Part shown: piece after piece, positions 55,240-64,000 of the stretch
Layout of the letters: each line of letters opens with the position of its first letter
Position numbering within the stretch: position 1 is the stretch's first letter
Notes under the pieces: model-generated
Seen by the model: only the letters and a program-made list of their open reading frames with translations
The model's database searches: none
Told to the model about the DNA's origin: nothing
Source: Candidatus Latescibacterota bacterium
Lineage (GTDB): Bacteria; Latescibacterota; UBA2968; UBA8231
Length of the DNA: 64,000 nucleotides
Assembly (NCBI GenBank): GCA_965217585.1
Contig: OZ244561.1
Coordinates: forward strand, 6,496,001-6,560,000
Reading direction: 5' to 3'
Position numbers and translations under genes: made by a program

Positions 55240-56520
55240 ATGTCACCTGCTCAACTTCGCATTCTGGTCCCTCTCGAAAACCCGCACCAAGAGCACAATC
55301 TCGTCGACTTGGCCGCGACCCTCGCCCCTTCGCCTTGGAGCGAGTTGCACTTAACTCACATACTTACGCCCGACTCTACCCCCCAGCCGGACATAAAACA
55401 GGCACTCCAAGTTTCGGCCGACCGGGCCATGGCCCACGACATCGGCGCTATCGCGCATTTGGAAAAAGACGAGGACGTGACGAGCGGAATTCAGCGGGCT
55501 GTCCGCCGCTGGAGCTGCAACATGATGCTCATGGCCTGGAATGCAAATGTCGAGCGCGACGCGATCCTATCCGCGCCCAACCGCGCCCTGACCAAGGACA
55601 TCGACGTCGACACCTTGATTTTTAAAGAAAAGAAGAGCGGGCCGGTGCGCCGGATTCTCGTGCCCTTCGGCGGCGGCAATCACGCGCTGGTAGGCGTGCA
55701 GATCGCCTACGATCTGGCCCAAACTTGGGGCGCTGAACTGGAAATTCTCCGCATCGTCCGCGACATCCGCGACCCCTCCGACCCGATACTCCAGCGCTAC
55801 TGTTCGCAGCTAGCCGCAGACACGCGCTTGCAGCTAGAGCTGCTGAAGATCGACGCGCCGTTGACTGTGGTCCCAGCCGTCAATGTGGTTCCGGCCATCG
55901 TCGAAAGAGCGCAAGGCCACGATTTGATCGTACTCGGTGCCTCAAACGACTGGCGCCAAGAGGAACATCTTGCCGGCTCCATCCCGGACGAGATCGCCTA
56001 TCAGGTGCCATGTTCGGTGCTAATGGTCCGCTCGGCCGCGGCCAACGACTTGCAGCTAAGTCGCATTTTCTGGGAACATACCATCCGCTTGGATCTCACC
56101 CCTAAAGACAAGTGGGATGCCATCGCTCAGATGGTCGATGCGTTAATAGAAGAAAAACAAATCCCCGCCAGCGAACGCCAGACCGTACTCGAGGCTGCGC
56201 TCGACCGCGAGCACAAAGGCTCGACTTCCCTAGGGCACGGCACGGCTATCCCCCATGCGCCCATCCCCGATCTGGACGGGATTATCGGCTGCTTGGGGAT
56301 TTGCCGACAGGGCATCGAGTTTGAAGGCCCTACCCCTGAGCCGGTACACTTCATCTTCCTGCTGTTGACCCCGGAACAAAACTACCGCAGCTATATCCCG
56401 ATCCTCGCCCAGATCGCGACCTTGATGCACGCCGACACCACCCACCGTGACATGCTCGCCTCGCAGACGCCGACGGAAATAACCGCCGTCCTCAAGCGCC
56501 TGCCGCAACCACGCCGCTAA
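55240..56520 (+). CDS. Tandem universal stress protein domains fused to a PTS EIIA (Ntr/Fru-type) domain
   Basis: RILVP twice, DLIVLGA...VPCSVLMV; RE...STSLGHGTAIPHA, PVHFIFLL. Confidence 0.85.
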   Translation: MSPAQLRILVPLENPHQEHNLVDLAATLAPSPWSELHLTHILTPDSTPQPDIKQALQVSADRAMAHDIGAIAHLEKDEDVTSGIQRAVRRWSCNMMLMAWNANVERDAILSAPNRALTKDIDVDTLIFKEKKSGPVRRILVPFGGGNHALVGVQIAYDLAQTWGAELEILRIVRDIRDPSDPILQRYCSQLAADTRLQLELLKIDAPLTVVPAVNVVPAIVERAQGHDLIVLGASNDWRQEEHLAGSIPDEIAYQVPCSVLMVRSAAANDLQLSRIFWEHTIRLDLTPKDKWDAIAQMVDALIEEKQIPASERQTVLEAALDREHKGSTSLGHGTAIPHAPIPDLDGIIGCLGICRQGIEFEGPTPEPVHFIFLLLTPEQNYRSYIPILAQIATLMHADTTHRDMLASQTPTEITAVLKRLPQPRR

Positions 56521-57167
56521 GTCCCCTCGATCTGGCTGGCAAAATAATCGCAATGCGGCATGAGTACGCACTCGTCGCACAGGGGCTTGCGTGCCTTGCA
56601 CACGTAACGACCGTGCAAAACCACGCGCTGTCCAAAAGCCGTCCACTCCTCGGCCGGCAGTAGCTGCGCCAAGGCCATTTCGACCTTGACTGGATCCTTT
56701 TCTGCGGTCAGCCCCAAGCGCCGACTCACCCGACCCACGTGCGTATCTACCACGATGCCAGGCACGCCATACACGTTGCCGAGGATGACATTGGCACTCT
56801 TGCGACCAATGCCGGGCAAGCGGGTCAAGGCGTCCATTTGCCCGGGGACTTGGCCGTCGTGATCGACGATGAGCATCGCCATGGCTGCACGGATATTTTT
56901 GGCCTTTTGTCGGTAAAAGCCAGTCGGGCGGATATCCTCCTCCAGTTCCTCGGTCGCCACCGCCACGTAGTCGGCTACGCACTGGTATTTTTTGAATAGC
57001 ACTGCGGTGACTTCATTGACCTTGACATCCGTGCTCTGCGCCGCGAGCACGGTGGCCACCATCAGCTCCAAGGCATTGTCGTAGTTGAGTTCCACTCTCG
57101 CTTCGGGAATGGTCCTCTTTAATTCCCTATAGACGGTCTGTGCCCGCTCGACTTCGTGCTCCTCCAC
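56517..57167 (-). CDS. nth: Endonuclease III
   Basis: LAAQSTD, GFYRQKA, LPGIGRKSAN, VDTHV, C-x6-C-x2-C-x5-C; start placed at GTG 57167. Confidence 0.93.
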   Translation of the reverse strand: MEEHEVERAQTVYRELKRTIPEARVELNYDNALELMVATVLAAQSTDVKVNEVTAVLFKKYQCVADYVAVATEELEEDIRPTGFYRQKAKNIRAAMAMLIVDHDGQVPGQMDALTRLPGIGRKSANVILGNVYGVPGIVVDTHVGRVSRRLGLTAEKDPVKVEMALAQLLPAEEWTAFGQRVVLHGRYVCKARKPLCDECVLMPHCDYFASQIEGT

Positions 57168-57181
57168 TTCGACTTCCTTCT

Positions 57182-58378
57182 TCAGCGCCGGGACGGCTGG
57201 GATAGCTCGACGCCGGTGCCGGCACCGCGCACGCGCCGACCCCATAGGTGGATGCGTCCCTTCCAGCGAAAAATCCCCAAGCATCCCAAGCTGCCGACCA
57301 AAACTACGTGCAAAGGCTGTAACAAGGCCCAAAAAGGAAAATAGCGGCGCAACTCGCGCCGACCCGATAGCACTATTCCGCCGTTAAATACACCCCACTC
57401 GCCCCACACTTTTGCCCCCACCGCACCCAAGGCCCACAGGGGATCTAGCAAGCCGGCACAGCACAGCAAGGGCACCATTAGCATCGCCCAGCTCAAAACG
57501 TATGTGAGCAACATATAGCCGAAAAAGAGCGGATCTAAGCGGGCTAGGGTCGGGGCATTGGAGGCCCAGCGGCTGCGCTGGCCGAATAATCCGCCCCAAG
57601 ACGCGGCCACCGGGTGCCGCACAAAGGTCGCCGGCTGGTTGGCAAAAACAATGGACCACCGGCCTGAGCAGCGCATGGTCTGCATGAGCAGCACATCGTC
57701 TCCAGAAGCCCGGTGCATGACTTTTTCATAGCCACCAACGTCAAAAAACGCCTCCCGCAAAAAGGCCAAATTCTGCCCAGAGGCCGCCATGGGGTGGCCC
57801 CACCCGGCGCTGCCCCATATACAAGCCATCAAGCAGGTGAAGTCAACGGCCTCATATCCCTGACGCCAACCCTTGATCTCGGACGGCGAGCCGATTTGCG
57901 AAAAGCCGATGACCATCCCCACCCCGTCGGCAAAGTGCGACAACATGCCGCGAATCCATCCCGGAGCGACCTGGCAGTCGGCATCCGTGGTGAGAATCAC
58001 CTCCCCCCGCGCTTCGGCGATCCCTAAGCTGAGCGCGGCCTTCTTGGAACCCGGCCCTTCGGTTCGCAGCAATCGCACAGCCGCAGTCTCCCCGCTGAAC
58101 TCGCGCACGATGTGGCCCGTGCCGTCGGTGGAGCCGTCGTCAACGACGATGATTTCGTAGCGATCTTGGGGGTAATCCTGCGCCAGCAGGGCGCGCATAC
58201 AGCAGGCGATGTGCGTAGCTTCGTCGCGGGCGGCGACGACGACCGAGGTCAAGGGGACGCGCTCGACATTGGCATTGCTGGGACGGCGGCGCATCCCGAT
58301 AACGAACCAACAAGCCCCCAGCAAGTAGGCCAGCGCACAGAACGCCAAGAGGTATTCGGGCGCGTACAGCGCGGGCAT
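57182..58378 (-). CDS. Membrane GT2 glycosyltransferase
   Basis: ARDE, DDGSTD, TDADC, SGDD, QRSRW; N- and C-terminal TMs; ATG overlaps the upstream stop (TAATG). Confidence 0.88.
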   Translation of the reverse strand: MPALYAPEYLLAFCALAYLLGACWFVIGMRRRPSNANVERVPLTSVVVAARDEATHIACCMRALLAQDYPQDRYEIIVVDDGSTDGTGHIVREFSGETAAVRLLRTEGPGSKKAALSLGIAEARGEVILTTDADCQVAPGWIRGMLSHFADGVGMVIGFSQIGSPSEIKGWRQGYEAVDFTCLMACIWGSAGWGHPMAASGQNLAFLREAFFDVGGYEKVMHRASGDDVLLMQTMRCSGRWSIVFANQPATFVRHPVAASWGGLFGQRSRWASNAPTLARLDPLFFGYMLLTYVLSWAMLMVPLLCCAGLLDPLWALGAVGAKVWGEWGVFNGGIVLSGRRELRRYFPFWALLQPLHVVLVGSLGCLGIFRWKGRIHLWGRRVRGAGTGVELSQPSRR

Positions 58379-59445
58379 TAGCCCCTGATCTCCTTGATCA
58401 GCGAGAACATACCTCGATAGCCTTCGGAACAGTTGCGGCACATGTCGAAGCTATTGCGGTCGGCGAGGACCTGACCGCGAAAGTCCATATAGGCCCGGCT
58501 GCGCCAGATCTCGTCAAAAGAACGGCCGTCGAAGGCCTGTCCCATGGCAAAGTCAACGTCCTTGTCGAAACAACAAGGTGCGACCGCTCCGTTCCAATTG
58601 ACCATCGAGCTGTACCACAGCACCTTGCAACCCCGCGCGGGCTGCCCCTTGACCACCAGTGCGTCCTCCGCGCTCTCGTAGCGGCTGTACTGTTCGTCCT
58701 CGGGCAAGAACGCCTCGGCGTCCTCCGCGGTGTAAACCTGGGCGGTCTTGACCAAGAATTTGTCAACGCGCAGATCCTTAGCCAGCGCTTCGGCCGTGGC
58801 CATATCGCGCTCGTTGTGCTTCATAACGATGAATTGCAAGTTGATCTGCGGCGTCTGCGACCCGAGCGTCTCTTTGGCTGCGACCAGCAGGCGAACTCCT
58901 GAGAAGACGCGCTCGATCTGGCCGCCGACCCGATACTGTTCGTACGTGGCTTGGTCAACCCCGTCCAGCGAGACGATCATCTCGTCCAGCCCAGACTCAA
59001 CGATAGCCTGCGCCTGCTCTGGGCTACGGACGAAGTGGCCGTTGGTGCTGGTGAAGGTAAAGATGCCGCGGTCGCTGGCGTAGCGCACCATCTGGTTGAA
59101 GCACTTGTTGATATATGGCTCGCCTTGGTTCCACAGCATCATCATAAAGACCTCGCCGCCGAGCTCGTCAACCAGCTTTTTGAAATCCTCCAAGCCCATA
59201 GTCCCCCGGGGGCGGCGCATCTGGCCGTTGCCCGAGGGGCACAAGGGGCACTTGAGGTTGCAGAAGTTGGTCGGCTCGACCATGAGCATAAAAGGACGCC
59301 CCCACACGATGGGCCGGCGGGTCATCCACGACAGCCCCATGGAGGCCAAAACGGCGAGAAAATTAACCAGCCGCTTCCAAGAAAATACGCGGGCGTAGCG
59401 CCGAACGTAGCTCGGCAGTGCTTTGGGCGTGATTAGGTAGGCCAA
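58378..59445 (-). CDS. Radical SAM protein with SPASM/Twitch domain
   Basis: CNLKCPLC, GEP, STNG, SLDG; C-terminal C...PCC...CRNC. Confidence 0.9.
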   Translation of the reverse strand: MAYLITPKALPSYVRRYARVFSWKRLVNFLAVLASMGLSWMTRRPIVWGRPFMLMVEPTNFCNLKCPLCPSGNGQMRRPRGTMGLEDFKKLVDELGGEVFMMMLWNQGEPYINKCFNQMVRYASDRGIFTFTSTNGHFVRSPEQAQAIVESGLDEMIVSLDGVDQATYEQYRVGGQIERVFSGVRLLVAAKETLGSQTPQINLQFIVMKHNERDMATAEALAKDLRVDKFLVKTAQVYTAEDAEAFLPEDEQYSRYESAEDALVVKGQPARGCKVLWYSSMVNWNGAVAPCCFDKDVDFAMGQAFDGRSFDEIWRSRAYMDFRGQVLADRNSFDMCRNCSEGYRGMFSLIKEIRG

Positions 59446-59458
59446 ATCAGCTCCTTTA

Positions 59459-60571
59459 TCAGGTTTTCCAGCGAAACCATCCCCAACGGCCGAGGATCGT
59501 AAAAATCAGCACATAAGGAATATATAAAACTTCCGCTAGCGGCAAATAGCATAGGTGCGTGCGCTCCTCGGGCGCGGCCATCCGCTTGAGTAACAAAAAG
59601 TCAACAACCCAGCGCATAAACCACGCGCCCGCGACCCATCCATCCCAGCTTTGCGTCCATAGCATCTGCACCAGCCCCCAAGCGAGAAAGCCGTGGAACA
59701 GATAGACACCTACGGCCAAATAGAATGCGCGGCCCTTGTAGTGGCCTCCTTTGGCAGCATGCCGCAGCTTTTGCTGCACCGCGTCCGCGAGCTTGGCCGG
59801 CGGCGGCTGCGAGAGGACGACGGCCCGGCTGTTAAACGCCATGGCCCACCTCCCTTGGGCACTCAACAGGCGCATGAAGTACACATCGTCGCCCCCGATC
59901 AGATGCCCGATTTGCGCGAAGCCACCTAGCTCGTCGTACACTCGGCGACGGTAGCCCAAATTGCGGCCTGTACACGACAGTGGGTGCCCCATGCCAAAGC
60001 TGCCCGCCCCCAGCGCCCCGACCCCGATATTGTCCACGGCCAAGACCTTGGCCAACACGCCGGAGACCGGATCGGGCCGCGCGTACCCGGCGACTAAGCC
60101 AACCTCTGGCGCAAAGTGAGCCACCATCGAGCGGACCCAGTCTGTAGGCGGGCGGCAATCGGCATCGGTAAAGAGCAATATCTCCCCAGTGCTCGCTGCA
60201 ATCCCCTCGGCTAAAGCGCTTTTCTTCGGGCATTTAAACCGCCCGTCTGGCGCGGCCTGCACGCCCTTGAGCGTCGGCCAAGTCGCCGCCTTTGCGGCAA
60301 TGAGGTCCCAAGTTCGGTCGCGCGAGCGGTCGTCCACGACGATCACTTCAAACGCCCCCTGATAGTCCTGACGGGCGAGAGCGTCCAAGCAGTGCGGCAA
60401 GGTCGCCTCCTCATCGCGCGCCGCGACGATGGCGCTGACCGAGAGCCGACCACCGACTAGGGCCGGGCCGGGCCGCCGCCCGCTCAAGCCGCGCCACAGC
60501 CAGAGAACGCTGCCCACGTAGATCGCACCGCTCAAGAGCAAACCCGCCTTTTGCAGATCCACAAGCTCCAT
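59459..60571 (-). CDS. Membrane GT2 glycosyltransferase
   Basis: ARDE, DDRSRD, TDADC, GGDD, QKLRH (variant of QxxRW). Confidence 0.88.
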   Translation of the reverse strand: MELVDLQKAGLLLSGAIYVGSVLWLWRGLSGRRPGPALVGGRLSVSAIVAARDEEATLPHCLDALARQDYQGAFEVIVVDDRSRDRTWDLIAAKAATWPTLKGVQAAPDGRFKCPKKSALAEGIAASTGEILLFTDADCRPPTDWVRSMVAHFAPEVGLVAGYARPDPVSGVLAKVLAVDNIGVGALGAGSFGMGHPLSCTGRNLGYRRRVYDELGGFAQIGHLIGGDDVYFMRLLSAQGRWAMAFNSRAVVLSQPPPAKLADAVQQKLRHAAKGGHYKGRAFYLAVGVYLFHGFLAWGLVQMLWTQSWDGWVAGAWFMRWVVDFLLLKRMAAPEERTHLCYLPLAEVLYIPYVLIFTILGRWGWFRWKT

Positions 60572-60580
60572 AAGGCGGCC

Positions 60581-64000
<3,420 letters not shown>

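Noticed and set aside
58378-59445. RiPP maturase cluster
   Set aside because: No precursor peptide, PqqD/RRE domain or peptidase/transporter; flanked by glycosyltransferases

Overview
A GC-rich, gene-dense bacterial chromosomal segment with about 55 CDS and one tRNA-Asn. The gene repertoire (FlgD-tailed large secreted protein, sulfatase, short RpoD-type sigma factor, Wzi-like and BamA/TamA-like outer-membrane proteins) suggests an FCB-superphylum diderm such as Latescibacterota, but this is inference only. Most of the window is housekeeping or metabolic: hemE, CBS-flanked korAB, msrAB, fadN-like, queD, dxr, rny, KamA-like, folE, peroxiredoxin, sodA, iscU-like, an SSS symporter, ALDH, dat, nth, two GT2 genes around a radical SAM/SPASM gene, and eno. 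There are two small accessory patches: an MmeI-like RM gene with an apparent in-frame internal deletion plus hicBA at about 13.0-16.1 kb, and a possible island downstream of tRNA-Asn at about 25.3-29.2 kb. The standout is a rewired phage-shock (Psp)-like operon at 42230-47544 (minus strand). A consensus sigma54 promoter with two TGGC-N7-GCCA upstream sites precedes pspA, a membrane wHTH protein, three tandem paralogous membrane/coiled-coil proteins sharing RLTEVQDVMIxLSEK (one frameshifted, plus a relic fourth start), a soluble TPR histidine kinase, and a PspF-like AAA+ activator that carries a receiver domain and lacks the PspA-binding Trp. No CRISPR array, rRNA, integrase or transposase was seen. 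All calls are from motif recognition by eye; no database searches were run.
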